A stretch of DNA of 64,000 nucleotides from Thermoplasmata archaeon (GTDB taxonomy: Archaea; Thermoplasmatota; Thermoplasmata; Lutacidiplasmatales; UBA184), in contig JBAUYF010000007.1 of the NCBI GenBank assembly GCA_049584655.1, positions 27,288 through 91,287 on the forward strand, in the 5' to 3' direction. Both the position numbers and the translations under genes were made by a program. How positions within the stretch are numbered: the stretch's first letter is position 1; each line of letters begins with the position of its first letter. Under the pieces are notes generated by a model. It made no database searches. It worked only from the letters and a program-made list of their open reading frames with translations, and had not been told where the DNA came from. Below are positions 46,841 to 56,180 of the stretch, piece by piece.

Positions 46841-47311
46841 TCATGGGGGAGTCGGAGGAGCCTCGATCGGGGTTACCGTCAGGGAAACTCCTTCTCCCTT
46901 GACAACGCGCACATGGGTCCCCACCGGAATAGGAAAGTTCGCCCGCGCAGACCAGATTTCCGAGTTGACCCGTACTTTTCCGCGCAGCGTATCTGGGACG
47001 ATCGGGACAATCACGATGGCCTCCTGGCCGGCCAATCCTGCGGAAGTCGTGCTGATCGGCCAGTGGGTGGGGGCAACGTAGCGGTAGTACGGGATCTCGC
47101 AGAGCGCGGCCACTAAGGCGGCCACGATGACCACGACTGGCCCGCCATAGCTATCTAACAAAAAGCTCGGCACGAAAATGTAGAGAAGACCGGCAGCCAG
47201 GAGCACAGAAGCAGGGATGAACAGAAGCGCGCCCGGATGCACCAGTTCAAACAAGAAGAGGGCGGCCCCGGCAGCGACCAACGCGATCCCGATGGTTTCG
47301 TAGATTGCCAT
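46841..47311 (-). CDS. NfeD-like short-form membrane protein (the stomatin operon partner)
   Basis: 156 aa with N-terminal TM helices and a C-terminal OB-like beta domain. It lies immediately upstream of the SPFH gene on the same strand. Confidence 0.7.
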   Translation of the reverse strand: MAIYETIGIALVAAGAALFLFELVHPGALLFIPASVLLAAGLLYIFVPSFLLDSYGGPVVVIVAALVAALCEIPYYRYVAPTHWPISTTSAGLAGQEAIVIVPIVPDTLRGKVRVNSEIWSARANFPIPVGTHVRVVKGEGVSLTVTPIEAPPTPP

Positions 47312-47411
47312 ATCGGTGCCCGGGGAGAGGGATGGTGTCCTTAAGGGCTTGACTCCGCGACCTTCCTATCTTCCGAACTCGACCCGATGGGTCGTCGCGC
47401 GCGAGGCGTTC

Positions 47412-48089
47412 TCAACGGATGTACGTGGAAGTGGTGGCCAGGTCGAAGTTGGTCACGACTTTGAGCCGGCGTCCATCGCCGCCCGCGGAGTACTGCAAGA
47501 AGGGGTACATGCGCCAGAGATCGCCTTCCGCCATTCGGGTGGCGGGATGATCGGCGCCAAAGGCGGAGCGGGTCACATGCGCGGTCACGCGTCGCACCCC
47601 GGCTTCGTCCAGATAACCAAGAGAGTGTAGATACTCATGGGCCAGAATCACATAGACGAACGAATTGAACTCGAGAGGCGAGGTGGCGTGCTCGCGCATC
47701 GCCTGGACCAATCCTTCATTCATCACGATCAAATTCCCCGTGATCTGCCAATACGCTCCGAGGCCCGGAGGCAGGTTCGACAGCCCAAGTCCGAGGCCTG
47801 GCCGCTCGCGCCCCAGTACGTGTTGGACGGCGGCCCGGACGACCTTGAACACGCCGTTGTAGTCCGCCTGCCCGTCCAATCCGTGAAGCATTCGAAATGG
47901 ACGCTCGGCGGCCGCTGGCGGAGGCGGGGCGACGGTCGAGGGTCGGTCCCGGCCCCGGGGACCCTCCGAAAGTGAAAACGGAATCCTCGTCATCATGTGT
48001 ACACCGGCATTCCCCCACTTATAGGGGACCTTACGGACAAGAAACCTAGGTACTCCATCGGTCGCTGGCTCGGTGCGGTCCGACATCAT
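47412..48089 (-). CDS. Putative zincin-like metallopeptidase (HExxH)
   Basis: ILAHEYLHSLG contains an HExxH motif. About 200 aa. Family assignment is uncertain. Confidence 0.4.
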   Translation of the reverse strand: MMSDRTEPATDGVPRFLVRKVPYKWGNAGVHMMTRIPFSLSEGPRGRDRPSTVAPPPPAAAERPFRMLHGLDGQADYNGVFKVVRAAVQHVLGRERPGLGLGLSNLPPGLGAYWQITGNLIVMNEGLVQAMREHATSPLEFNSFVYVILAHEYLHSLGYLDEAGVRRVTAHVTRSAFGADHPATRMAEGDLWRMYPFLQYSAGGDGRRLKVVTNFDLATTSTYIR

Positions 48090-48927
48090 TCGGACGCCTC
48101 CGGCAACCTATTTGCTTGGGGACGGTCGGTCCGGTGCAATGCCCCGGCCGGAAGAGATACTGTATCCGACTACGAAGGAGCGTTTTGAAGACCGGCGCAA
48201 TGAGGGAGAGCAGCGGCGACTTCGAGGCGAGTTCTTCGACCACTCGACCCTCCTCGCCGTCTCGCGGCTCGTAACACAAGGTCAGTTCGATGCGCTGGAC
48301 TATCCGATCGCTACGGGCAAGGAGGGGGGGGTCTTCCGCGCCACCAGCGGAGAGACGTTCCGGGCAGTGAAGGTGTATCGGATCGGGAACTCGATCTTTC
48401 GACGTTTGCCCCCGTATGCGATCGAAGAGCTCCGCAAGGAAGCCAGCGACCGCAATTTCGCCGGCTTAGTGTTCGCATGGACTCGGCGGGAGCACACCAT
48501 TTTGCGAAGACTATACGCGGCCGGAGTCCGGGTGCCTCAGCCGTATGGGTACCGTCGAAACGTCCTCGTGATGGATTTCATCGGGACCGAAGGAATCGCG
48601 GCGCCTCGGCTGAAGGAATCCGTGGTCTCGGATCCAGCCCAGCTGTATGAAGACCTCGTCACCCAGGTCCGCCGAATGGTCGTCGACGCACATCTCGTCC
48701 ATGGCGACCTGTCACCGTACAACATTCTTCTGGCGCAGGATCTTCCCGTCTTGATCGACGTGGCACAGTCCATCTCGAGCCTGCACCCGCAAGCGAAGAC
48801 CTTGCTGGCGCGCGACATTGCCAATTTCGCGAAGTACTTCCGACGGTTGGGCTTGAAGTCGGACGCGCGGGAGATGTTCCAGTCGGTGGGGGGAGATACG
48901 GTGTCCCTCCCGCGAGGTACGACCTGA
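48073..48927 (+). CDS. rio1: Rio1-type serine/threonine protein kinase
   Basis: ATGKEGGVFRA P-loop, catalytic LVHGDLSPYNILL and IDVAQ. It is followed by a KH-domain gene, as is typical in archaea. Confidence 0.85.
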   Translation: MRSDIIRTPPATYLLGDGRSGAMPRPEEILYPTTKERFEDRRNEGEQRRLRGEFFDHSTLLAVSRLVTQGQFDALDYPIATGKEGGVFRATSGETFRAVKVYRIGNSIFRRLPPYAIEELRKEASDRNFAGLVFAWTRREHTILRRLYAAGVRVPQPYGYRRNVLVMDFIGTEGIAAPRLKESVVSDPAQLYEDLVTQVRRMVVDAHLVHGDLSPYNILLAQDLPVLIDVAQSISSLHPQAKTLLARDIANFAKYFRRLGLKSDAREMFQSVGGDTVSLPRGTT

Positions 48928-48929
48928 CG

Positions 48930-49499
48930 ATGCCCGTCCTCCATGTTCGGGTGCCGGAAGACCGGATCGCTGTTCTCATCGGGACCGGAGGGAAGACCAA
49001 GCAGGAGATTGCGGCCAAGACGCACACCGAACTGCAGATCGATCCCGAAGACGGCCAGGTACAGGTCTCCTCGCCCGATACGGATCCCATCGCCGCGCTC
49101 ACCGCGCGGGATATCGTCCTCGCGGTAGGCCGAGGATTCTCGCCGGAGCGGGCGATGCGGCTGTTGAAGGACGACACGTACCTGGGCGTGATCGATATCA
49201 AGCAGGTGACGGGCAAGCACGAAAAGGACGCGCTTCGCCGCATCCGCAGCCGTGTGATTGGAGTCCGGGGCCGTGCGCGCACCCGCATCGAAGAGCTTTC
49301 GGGCTGCTCGGTCAGCGTCTATGGTACCACTGTCGCCCTGATCGGCCAAGAGCGCCAGCTCGAACGAGGATCGCACGCAGTCGAACTGCTGATCCGGGGA
49401 AGCGAGCACTCTACCGTCTTCCACATGCTCGCGCGCAATCGCCGAGACGACGCGCTCGAGACGGCGACTCTACCGGCCGAACTGGACGACGTGGAGTGA
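48930..49499 (+). CDS. KH-domain RNA-binding protein (Rio1-associated)
   Basis: IGTGGKTKQEI and a second KH module (IGVRGRARTRIEELSGC). 189 aa. Confidence 0.75.
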   Translation: MPVLHVRVPEDRIAVLIGTGGKTKQEIAAKTHTELQIDPEDGQVQVSSPDTDPIAALTARDIVLAVGRGFSPERAMRLLKDDTYLGVIDIKQVTGKHEKDALRRIRSRVIGVRGRARTRIEELSGCSVSVYGTTVALIGQERQLERGSHAVELLIRGSEHSTVFHMLARNRRDDALETATLPAELDDVE

Positions 49500-49503
49500 G
49501 TCC

Positions 49504-50778
49504 GTGGCCAAGACGGTCCCGCTTGACGCCCGGACTCTTCAGTGGGCTCGCCGGCTATTTGCTCGGTACTATCGCTCCGCCCCGATCTCTCCTCCAGCCC
49601 GGTTGGCGCGGCGGGAATTCGCCGCCTTTCCGTTCGCCGAACAGACGCTCATGCGTCGCCACGCATCCCTCCGTTCCGCGGAGGAGTTCCACGCCTTCCT
49701 CAGTCGGGAGAGCCCGCGTCACGTCTACTACTCGTCGGCGTACTACCGGCACCCGGCCGACCCCAAGATGGCGGACAAGGACTGGTTGGGTGCGGACCTC
49801 ATCTTCGACCTCGATTCGGACCACCTCCGCGGAGCCGGCGAACTGGATTACCCGGGCCAGCTACGTCTCGTGAAGGAGCGGCTGAAACAGCTGTTGGACG
49901 ACTTCCTTTTCGGCGATTTCGGAGTCGATCCCGCCCAAACCTCGCTCGTGTTCTCCGGGGGACGTGGATACCACGTCCACGTGCACGATCCGCCTTTTCA
50001 GAGCCTGACCAGCCCCGAGCGACGGGAGATCGTTGAGTACGTGCTAGGGATGGGGTACGACCCCCTTTCCGCCGTCGAAGAAGTACGCGAGGGGGACGGG
50101 GGAGTAGGAGATGCCGACGGGTCGGCGGTCTCAGAAGTATTGGCGAATGCCTCCGGCCGTCGCACGCGAGCGCGGTCGTTTAAACGGCTACCCGCCCCCG
50201 ACGCGCCGGGATGGAAGGGTCGAACGACGCGCGCCGTGATCCGCCTGCTCGAGCATTGGGATGCGATCGGAGCGGAAGGCGCGACACAGGAGTTGTTGCG
50301 TATGAACGTCGAGCCGGTGCGCGCTCGCCGATGGGCCAAGTGGTTGGTGACGGACGGGGGCGGTCGGAGGATCCGGGAAACTCGGTCGCTCGAAGTCTTC
50401 CCCAAGGAGGTTCCGAAAGACTTCCTGGATGTTGTGCTTCCGCAAGCCGCGATCGAGCTGCAGGGAGAAACCGATGCGCCGGTCACCACAGACATCCATC
50501 GCTTGATTCGGCTACCCGACTCGATTCACGGAGGAACCGGGTTCCGTGCCAAAGCGATCGAGCGTGCGTCCCTGGACGAATTCGATCCGTGGCGCGACGC
50601 CCTCTTTCCCGCCGCCAGGGAGGAGCGTTTCTCGGTACAGCTGACGGAATCGATCCGATATCCGTTTCAGCCGGATGCCATCGTCGGCCGCTCGGGCGAT
50701 ACCGTGGACGTCGTCACGCCGGCGGCGCTGTTTCTGGTGCTGCGGGGCGAAGCGGTGCTTCCGCCCGAACCGGCATGA
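49504..50778 (+). CDS. priS: DNA primase small (catalytic) subunit
   Basis: YYSSAYYRHPADPKMADKDWLGADLIFDLDSDHL (catalytic Asp triad context) and HVHVHDPPF. 424 aa. Confidence 0.85.
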   Translation: MAKTVPLDARTLQWARRLFARYYRSAPISPPARLARREFAAFPFAEQTLMRRHASLRSAEEFHAFLSRESPRHVYYSSAYYRHPADPKMADKDWLGADLIFDLDSDHLRGAGELDYPGQLRLVKERLKQLLDDFLFGDFGVDPAQTSLVFSGGRGYHVHVHDPPFQSLTSPERREIVEYVLGMGYDPLSAVEEVREGDGGVGDADGSAVSEVLANASGRRTRARSFKRLPAPDAPGWKGRTTRAVIRLLEHWDAIGAEGATQELLRMNVEPVRARRWAKWLVTDGGGRRIRETRSLEVFPKEVPKDFLDVVLPQAAIELQGETDAPVTTDIHRLIRLPDSIHGGTGFRAKAIERASLDEFDPWRDALFPAAREERFSVQLTESIRYPFQPDAIVGRSGDTVDVVTPAALFLVLRGEAVLPPEPA

Positions 50779-51718
50779 CCAAGCGCCCGATCTTTTCGAT
50801 CGACGCTTCGATCTGATCGCCGGATTTGAGCTTCCGGCTCTCGTTACCAAATTCGTAGCCCGGAACGCCGCCAAGGCTGCCGAGCGAGATCACATCCCCC
50901 GGCTCGAGCGTGATGCCGCGCGTGATATGTTCGAGGATCTGCGGGATCCGGAAAATGTAGTCGGAGGTATCGCCCTGTTGCCGAATGACGCCGCCTACCT
51001 TGAGTTCCATTCGGAGCGGATACGGGTCGCCGACCTCTTCCTTCGGCACGATCCACGGACCGACCGCCATCGAGGCATCGAATCCTTTTCCCATGACCCA
51101 GTCGGGCGGCGAGTCGGGCGGATACTGAAGGTCCCGATATCCCATGTCCAGCGCGATCGTGTAGCCGGCAATGTAATCGAACGCCTGGGCGGCGGCGATG
51201 TGCTTGCCCTGCTTTCCGATCACGGCGGCGAGCTCGAGCTCCACGTCGGGAAAGGTCCCCGCGCTGTGGAGCACGAGAGGTTCGCTCGGGCCGACGAGGC
51301 TGTTGAAGAAGCGGGTGAAGAGGTACGGCTGCTTCGGCATGGGCGCGTGCTTCTCGGCGACGTGACTCTTGGAGTTCGAAGCGAGAAGGTAGATCTTGGA
51401 ACCGTTGATCACGGGTGCCAGGAGGCGTATCCCTTCCTCGGCCTTGAATAAGTAGCGCGCCCCCGTCGCGGCGCGAGGGGTCCAGCCCATCTTGCGACGG
51501 CGGTCGATGTACTCTTGGATCTTGCGAGTGATCTCGACGGATTCGGCTCCCCCGGAAAAGAAGACCCGCATGTCGCGGAATCGACTCGGGTCCGCGCCCT
51601 TGATGGGATTTACTCCGAAATAGTCGCGGCAGGCCGTATCCAGATCGATGAATTCGTTCGCGTCGGTGATCATTCCGAAGTGGAATTGATCGCCGAGCAG
51701 GAAGTGAACGAGCTTCAC
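50714..51718 (-). CDS. Fumarylacetoacetate hydrolase (FAH) family protein
   Basis: The C-terminal 200 aa match the FAH-fold pattern (PYLFTRF..., ELELAAVIGK, GYTIALDMGYRD, GDVISLGS). Its 3' end overlaps priS by 64 nt, convergently. Confidence 0.8.
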   Translation of the reverse strand: MKLVHFLLGDQFHFGMITDANEFIDLDTACRDYFGVNPIKGADPSRFRDMRVFFSGGAESVEITRKIQEYIDRRRKMGWTPRAATGARYLFKAEEGIRLLAPVINGSKIYLLASNSKSHVAEKHAPMPKQPYLFTRFFNSLVGPSEPLVLHSAGTFPDVELELAAVIGKQGKHIAAAQAFDYIAGYTIALDMGYRDLQYPPDSPPDWVMGKGFDASMAVGPWIVPKEEVGDPYPLRMELKVGGVIRQQGDTSDYIFRIPQILEHITRGITLEPGDVISLGSLGGVPGYEFGNESRKLKSGDQIEASIEKIGRLVMPVRAEAPLRPAAPETAPPA

Positions 51719-51751
51719 GCGTCGCTACCCGGAGGTCCGGGAGCGTGAGGG

Positions 51752-52471
51752 TTAGATAACGGTGGGGGGGGCGGAATTCGTCCCCGGCCCCGAAGGCTCT
51801 CGTCGAGGGGCGTAGGATAGCAGGTGACCGTCCCCTAACCGTTCGAGAGCTAAGAGAGTGAGCGCAACGGTCTTCTCCGGATCCGGGCATTCGGGGCCCG
51901 TCATCAGGGGCGGAGCCGATGAGCCCCCGATGAGGATCGGGGCTACGTAGACAGTGAATCGGTCGAACGAACCGCTGCGCAGAACGCTCGCGAGCACGCG
52001 CGACCCGCCCTCGACCATCAGGCGTCGGACTCCGCGGGCATGGAGAAGGCTCCAGAGCCGCGGGATCTCCACGGTGTCTCGCCCCGCCACCACGGTTTCT
52101 ATCCCTGCGGGGAATTTCCGGGTAGAGCGCTCGCTCACCGCCACGAGTGTGGGAAGCGCGCCGTCGAGAACGCGAGCTTTCTCCGGCACTCGGCCCCGAG
52201 AGTCCAAGACGATGCGCAGCGGCGGTGGGTGGGGTGGCTCATTGACCAGTTCCCAGTGGACCCGCAAGGAGGGATCATCGAGAATAACCGTCCCCACGCC
52301 GACGACGATCCCGTCCGATTCGGCTCGAAGTCGCTGGACTCGCGCAAGATCCTCCGGTCCAGACAAATAGGCGCGTCGACCGTTCGCGTACGCTAAGCGT
52401 CCATCGGCCGAAACGGCACAATTGACCCATACCGCCGGCCGAGCCTCCGCCGCCGACTGCGACGATTCCAT
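51752..52471 (-). CDS. 2,5-diamino-6-ribosylamino-4(3H)-pyrimidinone 5'-phosphate reductase-like (RibD C-terminal/RibG-type reductase)
   Basis: ATG (cat 52469-52471), MESSQ...VWVNCAVSADGRLA...DGIVVGVGTVILDDPSLRVHW.... Dihydrofolate-reductase-like fold motifs are present. Confidence 0.7.
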   Translation of the reverse strand: MESSQSAAEARPAVWVNCAVSADGRLAYANGRRAYLSGPEDLARVQRLRAESDGIVVGVGTVILDDPSLRVHWELVNEPPHPPPLRIVLDSRGRVPEKARVLDGALPTLVAVSERSTRKFPAGIETVVAGRDTVEIPRLWSLLHARGVRRLMVEGGSRVLASVLRSGSFDRFTVYVAPILIGGSSAPPLMTGPECPDPEKTVALTLLALERLGDGHLLSYAPRREPSGPGTNSAPPTVI

Positions 52472-52479
52472 GATGGAAG

Positions 52480-53967
52480 TCACGGTCCCGCAGCGCGCAG
52501 GCGAACGATCTCTGCTTCGACATCGCCGACCGGTTCGTGGGCCGCTCGGAGGTCTTCGAGATTTATTCCCACATTGGCCAGCGCGCCCTCGCTGGTGGCC
52601 CGAAGTAGTGCGAGGGACGTCACGAGGTCGCTTTCCAATGCCGCCTTTACTCGACTCCGCATATTCCCGAGGGTATCGCTGAGGTGACGTGCGAGCCGAG
52701 CCGTCTCGAGCGGAACTTCCGCTGCCTTGCGAAGGCTTACCACCCAAACCTTCTGGACCACGGAGTCGTGCGGGCGTTCTTTGAGGTCCCGTCGCGCCGA
52801 ACGCACGGATTCGTACGCCGCCGAATCTTCCCCGACGAGCTCCAAGAAACGAGCACGGGCGGCTCGGGCGGAGCTCAAGGCCGGTTCGAGCACTGGGTCT
52901 TCTCCGCCTTTGGGGATCGAGTAGGCTAGCGCCATCTCTCCGAGAGCGGCCCCCATCGCCCCGGCCGCCGCCGCCGCACTCCCTCCGCCCGGAGTAGGAG
53001 TACGGGCGGCGATCCGCTCGACGAACTCTCGGAACGGTTCGGCGGCCATGCCGCTGGTTCCGGACGTTCCAACCGAGCGGACTTTCCGTTCTAAAACTGC
53101 GGATCGGTCGAACCGATTGAGCTGGAGATAGTACTCCGCTGCGTCGAACAGAGCGTCTTCGGGGATGAGGCCCACGACTTCGGACTCCTCGATCGTCACG
53201 CCGAAACGTGCGGCTTCTCGTCGCACGAACTCGAGTGCCCGGGGGACGGACGTCCGACGGTAGTCGGTCAGATTCATCGAGACTTGGGCTCGTTGACGTT
53301 CCTTGATCTCGAAGCCGAGTGCTTTGACCTCCACCAACCCGCCGTCACGGGCGCGAATGGCCTTCGCAATCTTCTTGGCGATCGCCACGTCCGGGGTCGA
53401 CAGATAGGCGTTGTAGGCGATCAGTACAGGTCGCGCGCCGATAGCTACCGCACCGGCAGTCGGGTGGATTCGAGGTTCTCCGAAGTCCGGTGTGCGTGCC
53501 GGATCGGATGCGATCGCGTCCCGGATTCCCTCGAATTGACCTTCGCGCACGCGTGCGAGGTCGGCGCGCTCCGGTCGCTGGGCGGCCAATCCGTAGAGGT
53601 AGACCGGTATCTTGAGCTCTCGAGCGACCCGCTCGCTCAATTGGCGCGCGAGCCCCACCGCATCTTCCATCGAGGACTCCCCTAGTGGCACAAAGGGGAC
53701 GACATCCGTTGCGCCCATCCGGGGATGCTCTCCGTGGTGATGCGTAAGATCGATCAGTTCGGTCGCGACGCGCATCATTCGAATGACTGCCTCGACGAGA
53801 TCGTTGCCCTCGCCGGCGAGCGAAATGACGCATCGGTGATGGTCGGCGTTGCTCTCGATGTCGAGGACTGTGACGTGCGGAACCGCGCGGGCGGCATCTG
53901 CGATCCGAGTGATGATCGCGGCATCGCGTCCCTCGGAAAAGTTGGGGACGCACTCGAACATGGTCAT
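52480..53967 (-). CDS. ftcD: Glutamate formimidoyltransferase / formimidoyltetrahydrofolate cyclodeaminase (FtcD-like, two-domain)
   Basis: N-terminal MFECVPNFSEGRD (formiminotransferase hallmark) plus a C-terminal cyclodeaminase domain (TPTPGGGSAAAAAGAMGAALGEMA). Confidence 0.8.
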   Translation of the reverse strand: MTMFECVPNFSEGRDAAIITRIADAARAVPHVTVLDIESNADHHRCVISLAGEGNDLVEAVIRMMRVATELIDLTHHHGEHPRMGATDVVPFVPLGESSMEDAVGLARQLSERVARELKIPVYLYGLAAQRPERADLARVREGQFEGIRDAIASDPARTPDFGEPRIHPTAGAVAIGARPVLIAYNAYLSTPDVAIAKKIAKAIRARDGGLVEVKALGFEIKERQRAQVSMNLTDYRRTSVPRALEFVRREAARFGVTIEESEVVGLIPEDALFDAAEYYLQLNRFDRSAVLERKVRSVGTSGTSGMAAEPFREFVERIAARTPTPGGGSAAAAAGAMGAALGEMALAYSIPKGGEDPVLEPALSSARAARARFLELVGEDSAAYESVRSARRDLKERPHDSVVQKVWVVSLRKAAEVPLETARLARHLSDTLGNMRSRVKAALESDLVTSLALLRATSEGALANVGINLEDLRAAHEPVGDVEAEIVRLRAAGP

Positions 53968-54998
53968 GGATCCGGCCCGCCGTACGTTTCAAGCAGCGTT
54001 TGACGCGCGCGCGCGTCCGCCGGCGAACTCGTCACCACCGGCCGTTTCCGAGCTCGTGCCACGGCCGCCTTGACACGATCCGGAGAAAATCCGTGTCCCT
54101 CCACGAGAATCCGCTCTACCGCGGCCTCGTCCACCGGTCCAAAATAAGGCGCGGCGGTTGCCTCCACTGCGGGATGGCGGAACAGTTCCGCAACGGGCTC
54201 CACCTCTTTGGGATCGAGGCCGGCCTTCATCAGCGTTGCCTCCCAGCCCAGATGTTCTTGCACCAACTTCAGCGCCCGTTTCGGCCCTATCCCTTTGGCT
54301 CCGTCGTTGAAATCCGTTCCCACGAGAATCCCGATCAGAATTAGCTCATCTCCGCTCACTCCAAGCTGACTCAGCAAGTCGTCCCGGTTCACGAGCTGGG
54401 CGCCCGGGCTCTGACCGGCCCGCCCCCGCGCAGCGAGGCCCCGCACGAGCCGAGGAGCGCCAAAGAGGAGCGAATCATAATCTTCGGAGGCGGCTGCCCA
54501 AACGGATCCGCGCGCTGCCATTGTCGCCGCCTGGGCTTCGCCTTCCGACGGCGCTTGCACGGAAGGTACTCCCAACGCAGTCAGCAACTCCCGAACTTCC
54601 TCGACCATGGATCGCGTGAGCCGGGAAGTCTGCGCGGCCTTCTTGCGCGCAGTTTCGAGATCCCCGGCGGCGAGTGCTTCACTCCACTGCGCCTCGGCGC
54701 GCTCTTTGGCGAGTATCCTCGACCGGATCGTTCCGGCCTTAAGATCCGGCGGGCGACCGTCGAAGACCCATACCGGAAGGACGCCTTGGCTCAGGAGCGA
54801 TGAGGTGCGATAGAAAACCCCAATCAGATGGCTGGTGGGGTGGCCCTCCGGATCCGTGAACGGCATCCCATCGCGCTGGCGAATCGTCGCGAGGAATTGG
54901 TAAATGGCGTTGTAGCCGTCGACAGCCAAGGAGCGCCCGGAGAGGGCGTCCCAAGGAAGCTCCTGCGGGCTGACCAACTCCCGAAACGGAAGGCCCAC
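53964..54998 (-). CDS. fen: Flap endonuclease 1
   Basis: GTG start (cac 54996-54998). (V)GLPFRELVSPQELPWDALSGRSLAVDGYNAIYQFL...HLIGVFYRTSSLL. C-terminal PIP-like region present. The track ORF is over-extended at its N-terminus. Confidence 0.85.
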   Translation of the reverse strand: MGLPFRELVSPQELPWDALSGRSLAVDGYNAIYQFLATIRQRDGMPFTDPEGHPTSHLIGVFYRTSSLLSQGVLPVWVFDGRPPDLKAGTIRSRILAKERAEAQWSEALAAGDLETARKKAAQTSRLTRSMVEEVRELLTALGVPSVQAPSEGEAQAATMAARGSVWAAASEDYDSLLFGAPRLVRGLAARGRAGQSPGAQLVNRDDLLSQLGVSGDELILIGILVGTDFNDGAKGIGPKRALKLVQEHLGWEATLMKAGLDPKEVEPVAELFRHPAVEATAAPYFGPVDEAAVERILVEGHGFSPDRVKAAVARARKRPVVTSSPADARARQTLLETYGGPDP

Positions 54999-55116
54999 GA
55001 TCGAAGCGAAGCGGCGCGGAGTACTTGTGGTTGCCGTCGGAAAGTTTTGGTGGCGGTGCTGGAACGTGCGCGAAGGGTGAAGTACCGGAGGCCGTACTGC
55101 CGGCGCGAGGAAGGCG

Positions 55117-55902
55117 ATGGAGATCAAGTGGCAGGATGAGGCAGGATCCTCCGGGCTCGAACCAGGCGCCGTCATTGTGTCGAGCTTCCCGAGCGCGGGA
55201 CTCGCCGCGACCGTTGCGGCGCATTACATGGTCCAAGCCCTCAAACTCCCCCGCATCGGAATCTTCGACGGGCCGGACATGGCGCCCATCGCCGTCGTAC
55301 AGGACGGCGTGGTGAATCCTCCGATCCGAGTCTACGGGCAGAAGGATTTTGCCGCGATCCTCTCGGAGTTTCCTCCGACTCCCGCCTTGGCGTCCGCGCT
55401 GGCGACGACGATCTTGAACGGCGCAATCCAGCGCAAGGCGCGGATGATTGTGTGTTTTGAGGGGGTGGTCCCGCACCCGTTGGAGGAGGGTCAGGATCCG
55501 GCCGCGGAGGCCCCCGATGAAAAGGTCTGGGTTGCTTTTGCCCGCAAGGACCCGGCTATCACCAAGACGTTCGAGCCCACCCAGGCAGGACTGCTGGAGG
55601 ATGGGGTACTCGGCGGAGTCTCCGGAGCGCTGCTCGTCCAGGGTATCAACCGCTCGATTCCCGTCGCCGTGTTACTCGTCAGCGCACGGGCGGTCGAAGG
55701 GCTTCCCGATCATCGGGCGGGCGCGGCGTTGATCGAAACGTTCGATCGGTTGCTCCCGGAGCTCAAGATCGATACGGGGCCTCTAAGAGTCGAAGCGGAG
55801 CGCATCGAACGAGCGCTACGCGCCGCGATGAAAACGCACGGAAAATCGGAAGCGGCGGGAAAGGCTATCGTCGAGCCGGCAAGCGCGGACATGTACCGGT
55901 AA
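55117..55902 (+). CDS. PAC2-family proteasome assembly chaperone (PbaA/PbaB-like) with a C-terminal HbYX motif
   Basis: VIVSSFPSAGLAATVAAHYMVQAL matches PAC2/DUF75. The C-terminus ...ADMYR fits the HbYX proteasome alpha-ring docking motif. Confidence 0.7.
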   Translation: MEIKWQDEAGSSGLEPGAVIVSSFPSAGLAATVAAHYMVQALKLPRIGIFDGPDMAPIAVVQDGVVNPPIRVYGQKDFAAILSEFPPTPALASALATTILNGAIQRKARMIVCFEGVVPHPLEEGQDPAAEAPDEKVWVAFARKDPAITKTFEPTQAGLLEDGVLGGVSGALLVQGINRSIPVAVLLVSARAVEGLPDHRAGAALIETFDRLLPELKIDTGPLRVEAERIERALRAAMKTHGKSEAAGKAIVEPASADMYR

Positions 55903-55917
55903 GGGTCCCCCGCGGCC

Positions 55918-56093
55918 GACGCCCCCGGCTAATAGGCGTCGGTATAGGTCAACAGGTAGAGGACGCCCCCGACCATCACGGTGAGGAGGATCAGGATCGA
56001 GATCGGATTGGAGGAAAAGACCGCGACCGTCAACCCGATCAACACAGCGGGGAGGAGGATCGCCAGGAGGAATGTCCAGAGCTTTCCGTCCAT
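55918..56093 (-). CDS. Small 2-TM membrane peptide (58 aa) downstream of the FtsZ-like gene
   Basis: MDGKLWTFLLAILLPAVLIGLTVAVFSSNPISILILLTVMVGGVLYLLTYTDAY. ATG at 56093, TAG stop. It is below the track cutoff. Confidence 0.35.
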
Positions 56094-56180
56094 CGCAACC
56101 GCGAGGAGCCCGAGCTCCTCTTAACGATTCTAGCTCGAGGCGAGAGCGCCCCGACCGTCGATGACTCGGTTACCCACTCC

